From an uncultured Acidobacteriota bacterium (GTDB taxonomy: Bacteria; Acidobacteriota; Thermoanaerobaculia; Gp7-AA8), in contig CAWGHO010000001.1 in NCBI GenBank assembly GCA_963822445.1, forward strand, positions 352,001-416,000: DNA of 64,000 bases. The letters are read 5' to 3'. Positions 55,620 through 64,000 of the stretch are shown in pieces. The translations under genes were made by a program, and so were the position numbers. How positions within the stretch are numbered: position 1 is the first letter of the stretch; the number at the start of each line of letters is the position of its first letter. The notes beneath the pieces were generated by a model. It had not been told where the DNA came from and did not search any database. It saw only the letters and a list, made by a program, of their open reading frames with translations.

Positions 55620-55643
55620 CGACGTTACTGTACGATACCGGAC
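55620..55643. promoter_or_regulatory. Overlapping back-to-back -10 elements in a 24-bp divergent gap
   Basis: TACGAT on + at 55631-55636 and TACAGT on - at 55627-55632, each 7 nt from its ATG. Confidence 0.55.
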
Positions 55644-56249
55644 ATGCTCCCCGTGCGGCCGTTCCTTGCCGCGGCGTCAGGTCTGGCGCTGACGGCAGCG
55701 ATCTTCTTCTGGCGGCAGAATTTCGGAGGGCAGATCGGCGGGGAGATGTCCCTCGCCAAGATCCTCTGGCTCCACTACACCATCCTGGCCTGGTTCGTCC
55801 TGCCGGCGTTTCTGTGCCGTTCGCCGCTGCTGCCGCGCCCCTGGCGGCGCGTCTTCGCGGCCCATCTGATCAACTTCAGCGCGCGCGCGGTGATCGAGCT
55901 GTTCCTGCTGTACGTGACGGTCAGCTGGAGCCCGCTCTACGGCATCGTCCACGACCTTTTCTCGATCGCCCTCATCGCCGTGCTCGCGCGCGACGCGGCG
56001 GTTACCAGCGAACATGCTGTATTGGCGCGGCGGTTCTCGTGGACGCTGCGCGTGACGCTGGTCTGCGAGATCGTTTTCGCGGCGATGTTCTTCGTCGCCC
56101 AGGCCGGACAACGCGATCTCTACTTCGCCAGCGACGATCCCCGATTCCGCCTGATCAACGCGCTGACGACCATCGTCGACCTCGCCGTTTACACAGATCT
56201 GTTCCTGCTGCTGCGCCGCGCCCTGATCCGGGAGCCCCAGCGTGTCTGA
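55644..56249 (+). CDS. Hypothetical integral membrane protein
   Basis: About 6 hydrophobic helices; QNFGGQIGGEMSLAK and WSPLYGIVHD segments; overlaps the next gene. Confidence 0.7.
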   Translation: MLPVRPFLAAASGLALTAAIFFWRQNFGGQIGGEMSLAKILWLHYTILAWFVLPAFLCRSPLLPRPWRRVFAAHLINFSARAVIELFLLYVTVSWSPLYGIVHDLFSIALIAVLARDAAVTSEHAVLARRFSWTLRVTLVCEIVFAAMFFVAQAGQRDLYFASDDPRFRLINALTTIVDLAVYTDLFLLLRRALIREPQRV

Positions 56250-56982
56250 GGAAACGCTCACCAGCGCGGTGATCCCTGCATCGCGCGTCGATCGGGATGC
56301 CCTCTTCACGATCTTCGAGGCGAATTACGACCGCGCCGATCGCGCGCGATTCGAAGAGGACCTCGACGGCAAGGACGCGGTGATCGTGCTGCGGCGCTCC
56401 GATGGCTCGATCGCCGGATTCTCGACGCAGGCCGTCTTCGAAGTCCTGCACGAGAACCGCCGCGTACGCGTGCTCTTCTCCGGCGACACGATCATCGATC
56501 CGCGCAACTGGGGCACGCAGGAGCTCGTGCGGGCGTGGTGCCGTTTCGCCGGAACGGTCAAAGGCGAAACACCCGATCTGCCGCTGTACTGGCTGCTCAT
56601 TTCGAAGGGCCACCGGACGTACCTGTATCTCCCCTTCTTTTTCCACCGCTTCTTCCCTTCGTGCGAGCACGTGCCGCCGGCCTTCGAGCAGTCACTCATG
56701 CACCGGCTCGGAACGAAGCGCTTCGCCGATCGTTATGACGCGCGGACCGGCTTGATCGATGCCGATGCACCGCTCGATCGCCTCCGTCCGGAGATCGACT
56801 CCGCGCCGCAGCGCGCGCACAACCGCCACGTCGCGTTTTTTCTCGAGCGCAACCCGCGCTACGCGGACGGCGTGGAGCTGCTGTGCCTCACGGAGATCGA
56901 TCCGTCGAACATGCGCTCGTTCGCCCGGCGTGAAGCGGAGCGCGGGATGGCCGAGGTCGTGGAGCTGGCGGGGGTGCGGTGA
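56242..56982 (+). CDS. Hypothetical protein with probable GNAT-like fold
   Basis: IAGFST, LFSGDTIIDPRNWG, YWLLISKGHRTY; fold assignment is inference. Confidence 0.65.
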   Translation: MSEETLTSAVIPASRVDRDALFTIFEANYDRADRARFEEDLDGKDAVIVLRRSDGSIAGFSTQAVFEVLHENRRVRVLFSGDTIIDPRNWGTQELVRAWCRFAGTVKGETPDLPLYWLLISKGHRTYLYLPFFFHRFFPSCEHVPPAFEQSLMHRLGTKRFADRYDARTGLIDADAPLDRLRPEIDSAPQRAHNRHVAFFLERNPRYADGVELLCLTEIDPSNMRSFARREAERGMAEVVELAGVR

Positions 56983-58454
56983 GAACGGCCGTTGAGCGAT
57001 GGCTCGCGACCGGCGAGCAGGGCGCGGCGCGTTTCTCCGCTGCGGTTCACCATCCGCGCGTTGCGCAGGAGCAGATTCTGCTCGAGACGCTACGCGCGAA
57101 TGCGAACAGCGAATACGGTCGGCGGTTTGGATTTGGCGCGATTCGCTCTGTCGCCGAGTACCAGCGCCACGTTCCGATCGTCACGTACGACGACATCGAA
57201 GACGACGTGATGCGGAACGTGCTCACCAGTGAGCCCGCGGTCATGTTCGAGAAGACTTCCGGCTCGACATCGGCGGCGAAGTACATCCCCTTCACCGAGT
57301 CGCTGCGAAGACAGTTTCTGAACGGCGTGTCGGCGTGGATGCGCGATTTGTACGGCGCGCACCCGGAATTGAAGCAGGGCCGCGCCTACTGGTCACTCTC
57401 CCCGCTCGCCGCCGATCGCGAGATGACCAGCGGCGGATTGAAGGTTGGATTCGAAGACGATCGCGACTACTTCGCTGGCGAGGCCCGGGAGGCACTGGGT
57501 GAGATCCTCGTCCGGCCGCGGCTCCGTGATCAGTACGGAACCCTGCGAGCGCTTGCCGGGGAAGAGTCGCTCGCGTTCATCTCCATCTGGAATCCGACAT
57601 TCCTCACGGCGATGCTGGCGCGGCTCGAGGAGTGGAGCGAGCGGATCGTCGCGGAGACCGCGAACCCCCGTCTGCATCGACTGCTCGCTCGCGACGGACG
57701 GCTCATTCCGCACCACGTCTGGCCCAATCTGCGGGTGATCAGCTGTTGGACCCACGCCGCCGCCGCACTCGCCGTTCCAAGGCTCGCGGCGATCTTTCCA
57801 AACGTCGAGCTGCAGCCGAAAGGGTTGCTTGCAACGGAAGGTGTCGTCTCGATTCCCATCACCGCCGCCGGCGGCGCGGTACTGGCGATCACCTCTCATT
57901 TCCTCGAGTTCCTCGACGAGCGCGGCGACACCCATCTCGCCGATGAGTTGCGCGAGGGCCACGAATACCGCGTCCTCCTCACAACCGCCGGCGGCCTGTA
58001 TCGCTACGACCTCGGCGACATCATCTGCGTAACCGGCCTCTTCGCATCGACGCCGATCGTCGAGTTCGTCGGCCGCGCGGGCGACGTGAGCGATCTCTGC
58101 GGCGAGAAACTGTCGGAAGCGTTCGTCGGTGCCGCGCTGGCACGGGAGCGGATCGATGCGGCATTGCTCTTCCTCGCGCCCCGCGAGGGCAATCCGCCGC
58201 GCTACGCGCTGTTCGCCGAGACCAATGCGCCGATCGACGCGGACCGGATCGACACGGCGTTGCGCGCGAACCCGCACTATCGCTTCTGCCGCGATGCGGG
58301 ACAGCTCGCGCCCATCGAAGTCGTCCGGCTGCGGCAAGGTGCGGCGGAAACGTATCTGCGCCTCCGCGCGGGAAGCGGCAGAACAGGCGACGTGAAACCG
58401 CGCTCGCTCGAACGGAACGCCGACTGGCTGACGGCGCTGGAGGCCGCGTCGTGA
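56979..58454 (+). CDS. GH3 family acyl-adenylating enzyme
   Basis: TSGSTSAAKYIP, LLATEG, GGLYRYDLGD, DLCGEKLSE. Confidence 0.9.
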   Translation: MRTAVERWLATGEQGAARFSAAVHHPRVAQEQILLETLRANANSEYGRRFGFGAIRSVAEYQRHVPIVTYDDIEDDVMRNVLTSEPAVMFEKTSGSTSAAKYIPFTESLRRQFLNGVSAWMRDLYGAHPELKQGRAYWSLSPLAADREMTSGGLKVGFEDDRDYFAGEAREALGEILVRPRLRDQYGTLRALAGEESLAFISIWNPTFLTAMLARLEEWSERIVAETANPRLHRLLARDGRLIPHHVWPNLRVISCWTHAAAALAVPRLAAIFPNVELQPKGLLATEGVVSIPITAAGGAVLAITSHFLEFLDERGDTHLADELREGHEYRVLLTTAGGLYRYDLGDIICVTGLFASTPIVEFVGRAGDVSDLCGEKLSEAFVGAALARERIDAALLFLAPREGNPPRYALFAETNAPIDADRIDTALRANPHYRFCRDAGQLAPIEVVRLRQGAAETYLRLRAGSGRTGDVKPRSLERNADWLTALEAAS

Positions 58455-59530
58455 CGCGTTACGTCGTCGAGCTCGCGCGAAACGAGGACGACGCCGCCCT
58501 GCGCGGCCTGCTCGCGCGCAACTCGATGGCCGGACCGATCGAGCTGGCCTTTCTGCGCGAGCCCGGATACTTCCTCGCGTCCCCCGTTCAGGCCCCGCGA
58601 CACCAGATCATCGTCGCGCGCGACGGCAAGGAAGTCGTCGGCGCTGCATTCCGCGGCATCCGCAAGACCTGGCTCAATGGCCAGGTTCGCGACGCCGGCT
58701 ACCTCGGCGATCTCCGCCTCGACGTAGCCCACCGCGGCGGCTCGCTGGTCGCCCGCGGCTATCGCTTTCTGCGCGAGTTGCACGCTGACCGCGGCGCGTC
58801 GCTGTACCTGACTCTCATCGCCGGCGCGAATGAAATCGCGCTGAAGACGATCGCCGCAGGCCGCGCCGGCCTGCCGTCGTACAAGCCACTGGGCCGGATC
58901 TTCACCCCAGCGGTGCGGCTGAGTGGATGGTCGAAGAAACCGGCGCGAATCAAGATCGTGCGCGGCAGTGAAGTCAGCCGAGGCGAGCTCGCGGCGTGCC
59001 TTCAACGGAATCTCGCCCGCCGCCAGTTCGCGCCGTTCCTCGATCTCGAGACGCGCTTTCCCGGTCTGACCCTCGACGATTTCGCGGTCGCCGTGCGCGA
59101 TGGGAAAGTGATCGGCGCGGTCGCGGCGTGGGATCAGAACGCATTCCGGCAGACGCGTGTCGTTCGCTACCGCGGAACGGTGCGGGCGGGACGGCCGCTG
59201 TACAACCTCGTGGCGCCGCTGCTCGGCACGCCGCGCTATCCGAAGCCGGGCGAAACGCTGCGATTCTTCTACGCGTCCTTCGTCGCCATCGATGACGACG
59301 ATCCGGAAGTCTTTCGCGCTTTGCTGGCGCGTCTCGCAGCCGACCGCGCCGGGCGTTACCACTATTTCGTGGTCGGACTGCACGAGCGCGATCCGCTGCT
59401 GCCGGTCGTGAATCAGTTGCCGAGAACGCCATTCACCGCGCATGCGTTCGCCGTCCATTTCGAGGACGGCCTGGAGGATTTCGAATCGCTCGACGGACGC
59501 GTGCCGTACGTCGAGCCGGCCATGCTATGA
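58451..59530 (+). CDS. GNAT-like protein (probable tandem GNAT fold)
   Basis: FLREPGYF, GYLGDLRLDVAHRGG, AAWDQNAFRQ. Confidence 0.7.
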   Translation: MTRYVVELARNEDDAALRGLLARNSMAGPIELAFLREPGYFLASPVQAPRHQIIVARDGKEVVGAAFRGIRKTWLNGQVRDAGYLGDLRLDVAHRGGSLVARGYRFLRELHADRGASLYLTLIAGANEIALKTIAAGRAGLPSYKPLGRIFTPAVRLSGWSKKPARIKIVRGSEVSRGELAACLQRNLARRQFAPFLDLETRFPGLTLDDFAVAVRDGKVIGAVAAWDQNAFRQTRVVRYRGTVRAGRPLYNLVAPLLGTPRYPKPGETLRFFYASFVAIDDDDPEVFRALLARLAADRAGRYHYFVVGLHERDPLLPVVNQLPRTPFTAHAFAVHFEDGLEDFESLDGRVPYVEPAML

Positions 59531-62256
59531 GCACGCTCACCGCCGACACACCGCTTTCCACACCGCAGGTAACCGCGGCCGCGAGACGTCTCGACGCGCG
59601 GATTCCGTTCGCGATCCTGCTGACGCTCTACGCCGTCGCGGGCGTGACCGTTCTGCGCTTCAACCGCACGCCGCTGCAAATGCTCATCACCGTCTCCGCG
59701 ACCTGTGCACTGGACATGTTCTTCGCGCGCGTCATCCGCCGCGAGAAGCTCGTCCCGCTCAGCGCCTACATCAGCGGCCTCTCGCTCGCGCTGCTCCTCA
59801 ACTACGCGCACGACAGCTGGATTCTGCTTCTTCCGGTCTTCCTGACCATCGCCTCCAAGTACGTCCTCACGTTCGAAGGGCGCCATGTCTTCAACCCGTC
59901 GATGTTCGGAGTCGCGGTCTCGCTGCTGATCGGCGGAGACCTCATCACCACCGCGCCCGCGTATCAGTGGGGCGGCGGCGCGGCCGGCACGTGGGCGATG
60001 TCCGCATTCCTGGCCGCCGCCGCGCTCTCGCTTTTCGTCTTCCGCGTCGGACGCGCGCCGCTGATCGTCTCCTTCCTCGGCTTCTACGCCATCCAGATTC
60101 TGCTGCGCGCCTACTGGATGCGCTGGTACCTGCCGCCGGAGTCGCTGATCCTCGGCACGCTCACCAGCGCACCGTTCTTCCTCTTCGTCTTCTACATGAT
60201 CACCGACCCCAAGACTTCGCCGGCCAGGCCGCGCGATCAGGTCCTGCTCGCGTTCGGGCTCACCGTCGTCGATCTTCTGTTTCACACGCGCGGCAGCCTC
60301 TACACCTTCTTCTACGCCGCGCTGGTCGTCGCATCCGCGCGTTTCGTCTTCCTTCACCTCCGCCGCAGACGATTCGCATTCAACGCCCGCGCATGGACCG
60401 TCGTCGCCGCAACCGGCGCGGTGATGATCGCGACGTACGCGATAACCGTGCAGCCCTTCGCCGCACCGCCGCCGCTCACATTCGACTTGGTGAAGCTCGA
60501 TCCACTGCAGACCGGCGTGGCGCCGAAACTCGACGGCTCGATCATCAACGAGGCCGATCCGCGCGTGCGTCACATCGCCAAGTGGCTCCTCTCCGCGGGT
60601 GACGCGGCAGCCGCGGCGGACTTCGACAACGACGGCCGGCTGGACCTCTTTCTCTGCGGTCCCTTCAAGACCGTCGACGACCGGGCTATCCTCTATCGCG
60701 GCACCGGGGCGATGACGTTCGAGCGCGTCCGCGTACCGGCGCTCGAGAAAATCGTCGCCGACCCGCGCCGCTTCGGCATCATCTCCAGCGGCTCGTTCGT
60801 CGATCTCGACAACGACGGCGATCGCGACCTCTTCCTCACCGTCGGTTACGGCCGCAGCATCCTTCTGCGCAACGACCTTACCGAGCGCGGCGTGGCGGAG
60901 TTCGCCGAGGTTGCGGATGCGGGGACGGGCGATTACTCGATCAGCATCGCCGCGAACTTCCTCGACTTCGACAACGACGGAAAGCTCGACGTCTTCGTCG
61001 CCAACGCTCTCGATCCGATGCTCCGCAAATACGACCCGCCGCGGCCGCTGAGCATCTTCGCGCTCGAGCAACCGGAGCATCCCGGCGACCGCCGCATGCT
61101 GCCGTTCATGCACAGCAGCTGGGACAACGCGCGAAACGGCGGCCCTAACGTCCTCTACCGCAACCAGGGCGCCAACCGCTTCACGCGCGTCGATCCGGGC
61201 ATGCCCGAAACGCACTGGAGCCTGTCGGTGGCGACGGCGGACTTCAACGGCGACGCGCGCACCGATCTCTACGTCGCCAACGACTTCGGTCCCGACGACT
61301 TCTATCTGAATGAAGGGAAGGGGCGCTTTCGCAAGATCGAAGGGCGCATCGCCGGCGAGATCAGTCACGACACGTACAAAGGCATGAACGCGTCGCAGGG
61401 CGACGTCGACCGCAATGGCCATCCCGACGTGTATGTGTCGAATGTGCACATGCCGCTGCAGGCCGAAGGAAGCCTGCTGTGGATGACCTACCCGGGGCGC
61501 GATGGCGTGCCGGAGCTGCGCGACGAGGCCAATCAACGCGGCGCGCTCAACGAGCATCGCTTCGGCTGGGGCGGGGCGATGGGCGATCTCGACAACGACG
61601 GCTGGCTCGACATCGTCCAGGCCAACGGCATGATCGACGACGCGTTCGACAGGAAATTCGAGCAGTGCCGGGATTACTGGTACGTCAACGAGAAGCTGAT
61701 GCGCTCCGGCCCGGAGATTCACACCTACGCGGACAAGTGGGGCGATCTGCGCGGCTACTGCATCAACGGGCGCGAGTCGAATCGCGTGTACCTCAGCCGT
61801 GGCGATCGCGAGCGGCTGCAGTTCGCCGACGTCGCCCCGCGCCTCGGCTGGAAGGACGAGCCTCCATCGCGCGGCGTCCTCCTCGCCGACTTCGACGACG
61901 ACGGCGATCTCGACCTGGGCATGACCCACATCACCGCGCCGATCACGCTGTACCGCAACACGCGCAATGAGCGGGGCGGGCGGTGGATCGGCTTCGACGT
62001 CCGCGGAAACGGAACGACGTGCAATCGCGACGCGGCCGGCACGCGAGTAACCATCTCCTATCCGGAAAACGGACGTACCGTGACCCAGATGCGCGAGATC
62101 TCGATCGTCAACGCGTTCGCCGCCCAGGGCGATCGCCGCGCGCTCTTCGGCCTCGGCGACTACAAAGGCGACGTCGACGTGACCATCTCCTGGTGCGGCC
62201 GCAGCGAGACCCGGATGCGCGTCAACACGAATCGCTATCACGTGATCCAACAATGA
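59527..62256 (+). CDS. Fusion: RnfD/UnbU-like membrane domain + FG-GAP/CRTAC1 propeller + ASPIC/UnbV domain
   Basis: IASKYVL...RHVFNPSMFG and FYMITDPKTSP; about 7 DxDNDGxxD repeats; NRDAAGTRV...QMREI...LFGLG. Confidence 0.88.
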   Translation: MSTLTADTPLSTPQVTAAARRLDARIPFAILLTLYAVAGVTVLRFNRTPLQMLITVSATCALDMFFARVIRREKLVPLSAYISGLSLALLLNYAHDSWILLLPVFLTIASKYVLTFEGRHVFNPSMFGVAVSLLIGGDLITTAPAYQWGGGAAGTWAMSAFLAAAALSLFVFRVGRAPLIVSFLGFYAIQILLRAYWMRWYLPPESLILGTLTSAPFFLFVFYMITDPKTSPARPRDQVLLAFGLTVVDLLFHTRGSLYTFFYAALVVASARFVFLHLRRRRFAFNARAWTVVAATGAVMIATYAITVQPFAAPPPLTFDLVKLDPLQTGVAPKLDGSIINEADPRVRHIAKWLLSAGDAAAAADFDNDGRLDLFLCGPFKTVDDRAILYRGTGAMTFERVRVPALEKIVADPRRFGIISSGSFVDLDNDGDRDLFLTVGYGRSILLRNDLTERGVAEFAEVADAGTGDYSISIAANFLDFDNDGKLDVFVANALDPMLRKYDPPRPLSIFALEQPEHPGDRRMLPFMHSSWDNARNGGPNVLYRNQGANRFTRVDPGMPETHWSLSVATADFNGDARTDLYVANDFGPDDFYLNEGKGRFRKIEGRIAGEISHDTYKGMNASQGDVDRNGHPDVYVSNVHMPLQAEGSLLWMTYPGRDGVPELRDEANQRGALNEHRFGWGGAMGDLDNDGWLDIVQANGMIDDAFDRKFEQCRDYWYVNEKLMRSGPEIHTYADKWGDLRGYCINGRESNRVYLSRGDRERLQFADVAPRLGWKDEPPSRGVLLADFDDDGDLDLGMTHITAPITLYRNTRNERGGRWIGFDVRGNGTTCNRDAAGTRVTISYPENGRTVTQMREISIVNAFAAQGDRRALFGLGDYKGDVDVTISWCGRSETRMRVNTNRYHVIQQ

Positions 62257-63146
62257 CAACGCCGTTCAACAACCCGGACCTGCACGTCGAGAGCTGGTAC
62301 GTGGCCATGCCGTCGCGCGAGCTCGCACGGGGGAAAGCGAAAACGCTCGACGTTCTGAACCGCAAGATCGTCTTCTTCCGCGGTGAAGACGGGACTGTCC
62401 GCGCGCTCGACGCACGCTGCCCGCACCTAGGCGCGGACCTCGGCATCGGCACCGTGGAGGGCAACCGCATCCGCTGCGCGTTTCACGGCTGGACGTTCGA
62501 TGGCGATGGGCATTGCGCGAATGCGCGCGCCGTCGCGTACCCGGTCGAGGAGCGCCACGGCGCGATCTGGTTCTTCAACGGCGCACGCGCCTCATTCGAG
62601 GTTCCGGCGTTCGCCTCGAACGACCGCGTGGTGATGCTGAAGCCGCAAGTCATCCACTGCCATCCGCATCTGATCGCCTGCAACGGCCTCGACCTCGATC
62701 ACTTCGCGACGTTGCACGAAATCGCCTTTCTCGACGAGCCTCGCTTCGAACAGCCCGATGCGTTTCGCACGCGGATGCGCATGCGGTTGCGTTTCACCGG
62801 CAACGGCCTGATCGACCGCATGCTCCGTTCGCTGGGCGGCAACGACGTCACGGTCGCGTTCACGACCTGGGGCGGGAACATCGCCACGATCGACGGCTCG
62901 CTCGGCCGCATCCCCATCCGCGTGCTCTTCTCCCACCGCCCCATCCTCGGCCGCAACAGTCTTTCGCGCACATTCGTGTTCGTGCCGACACGCTTCATGT
63001 TGCCGGTGGTGCTGATGGTTCTCGCGCGAATCGTCGTCGGCGACCGTGAGCTGCTCGACCGCCTCGATTTCCGCGAGAACCTCACCAGCCGGGACTGGGC
63101 ATTGGCCGCGTTCATCGAGCAGGTGAACGCGATGCCTGTGCACTGA
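62253..63146 (+). CDS. Second Rieske non-heme iron oxygenase
   Basis: CPHLGADL...CAFHGW; NGLDLDHFATLH; ATGA coupling. Confidence 0.88.
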   Translation: MTTPFNNPDLHVESWYVAMPSRELARGKAKTLDVLNRKIVFFRGEDGTVRALDARCPHLGADLGIGTVEGNRIRCAFHGWTFDGDGHCANARAVAYPVEERHGAIWFFNGARASFEVPAFASNDRVVMLKPQVIHCHPHLIACNGLDLDHFATLHEIAFLDEPRFEQPDAFRTRMRMRLRFTGNGLIDRMLRSLGGNDVTVAFTTWGGNIATIDGSLGRIPIRVLFSHRPILGRNSLSRTFVFVPTRFMLPVVLMVLARIVVGDRELLDRLDFRENLTSRDWALAAFIEQVNAMPVH

Positions 63147-64000
63147 CTACTCGGCGCGGCTCGATCCCGGCTCGTACACCCATTCGGTCTGCGTCTTGGC
63201 CCCTTCGGCGAAGCGCGGATCGATGTACTCCTCGAAGGCGATGTCGCGTTCGAGCACGCCCGTTTCGCGCATCAGCTTCACGATCAGCTCGAAGTCTTCG
63301 CGCAACGGTGTTAGCGGCTGGTACTGAACGCGATCGAGCGGGTTCGTGAGCGCCCACTTCAGCAATCGCGGGTCCTGGCGGAAGTAGAAGCGTCCGACGA
63401 AATCGGCGGCATGCTCGCGGCGTGCTCGTTTCTTTGGCGGGTTGTCGAGCCAGAGGCCGGATCGGGCGATGCCGTCGACGAGGACCTGCACGGCTTCCTG
63501 TTTCTTCTCGATCACGTCCTCGCGCACGACCAGGACGCAGGAGATGTAGTCCGGCCAGTACTCGCGCGCGTGGAAGAGGACGCGGCCGAAGCCGGCCATC
63601 TCCGCCTGGGACGGGTAAGGCTCGCCCATCGAGAAGGCGTCGATCGCTTTCGCCGCGAGCGCGCCGGCAACGTCGGGCGGCGCCATCTCGACCATGCGCA
63701 GATCGCCGGCGCTCATCCCGTTCGCGGCCAGCGCACGGAAGAGGATCAACCGCTCGTCGGAGTAGCGGCTGGGAATGGCCACAGTCTTCCCCTTCAGATC
63801 GGCGAAGGTCTTCACCGATCCGTTCTTGTGCACCACCACGGCGCTGCCGTAGCGATGTCCGAGGTAGACGATCCTGATCGGAACGCCCTGAGCACGCAGG
63901 GCGATTGCCATCGGCGCGACCATGAACGCCGCCTGCATCTGATTCGAGATCAGCGCTTCCTTGATCTCAGGGAAGCCCTGAAACATCCGCGGGATGAACA
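63147..64000 (-). CDS. ABC transporter substrate-binding protein (NitT/TauT, NrtA/CmpA-like), 5'-partial
   Basis: LGHRYGS, DLKGKTVAIPS, GEPYPSQAE, ISCVL; the frame continues toward the window end. Confidence 0.85.
   Translation of the reverse strand, partial: FIPRMFQGFPEIKEALISNQMQAAFMVAPMAIALRAQGVPIRIVYLGHRYGSAVVVHKNGSVKTFADLKGKTVAIPSRYSDERLILFRALAANGMSAGDLRMVEMAPPDVAGALAAKAIDAFSMGEPYPSQAEMAGFGRVLFHAREYWPDYISCVLVVREDVIEKKQEAVQVLVDGIARSGLWLDNPPKKRARREHAADFVGRFYFRQDPRLLKWALTNPLDRVQYQPLTPLREDFELIVKLMRETGVLERDIAFEEYIDPRFAEGAKTQTEWVYEPGSSRAE

Noticed and set aside
59527-60450. Respiratory Rnf/Nqr complex
   Set aside because: No other rnf or nqr subunits nearby, and the domain is fused to an ASPIC/UnbV protein.
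33414-62259. Long antisense ORFs such as 33414..35267 (+), 35450..37378 (+), 37660..39336 (-) and 59413..62259 (-)
   Set aside because: Shadow ORFs typical of high-GC codon bias, opposite clearly recognisable genes and with no motifs.
50869-63146. Calling the cluster an enediyne or polyyne BGC
   Set aside because: No PksE, thioesterase, ACP or fatty acyl-AMP ligase in the window; only UnbU/UnbV-like domains and a single desaturase.

Overview
GC-rich bacterial chromosomal window of about 60 genes. Protein style and gene content suggest Acidobacteriota, possibly Thermoanaerobaculia (inference). Positions 1-50.8 kb are mostly housekeeping, peptidase and envelope genes: MCC beta subunit, M13/M17/S41/M2 peptidases, murI, an NtrX-like regulator, moaC/mobA, a cysteine desulfurase, pcnB, lepB, tonB, pruA, Ku, a MoxR-Bat operon and rsmA. 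Several of these are broken by single-base frameshifts that look like assembly errors. The standout region is 50.9-63.1 kb, a tightly coupled 12-gene putative biosynthetic cluster with no PKS, NRPS or ACP. It encodes an AurF-like diiron oxygenase, a membrane desaturase, an LbH acyltransferase, a PAP2/Aur1-like phosphotransferase, an NTF2-like protein, two Rieske oxygenases, a GH3 acyl-adenylating enzyme flanked by two GNAT-like proteins, and an UnbU/RnfD-like + UnbV/ASPIC fusion. A second notable signal is nine intergenic elements sharing one architecture (tandem 7- or 8-mers, spacer, reverse-complement tandem) but built from at least seven different unit sequences. Two further REP-like families, some embedded in-frame in genes, are also present. 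No rRNA, tRNA, CRISPR array or transposase was recognised.
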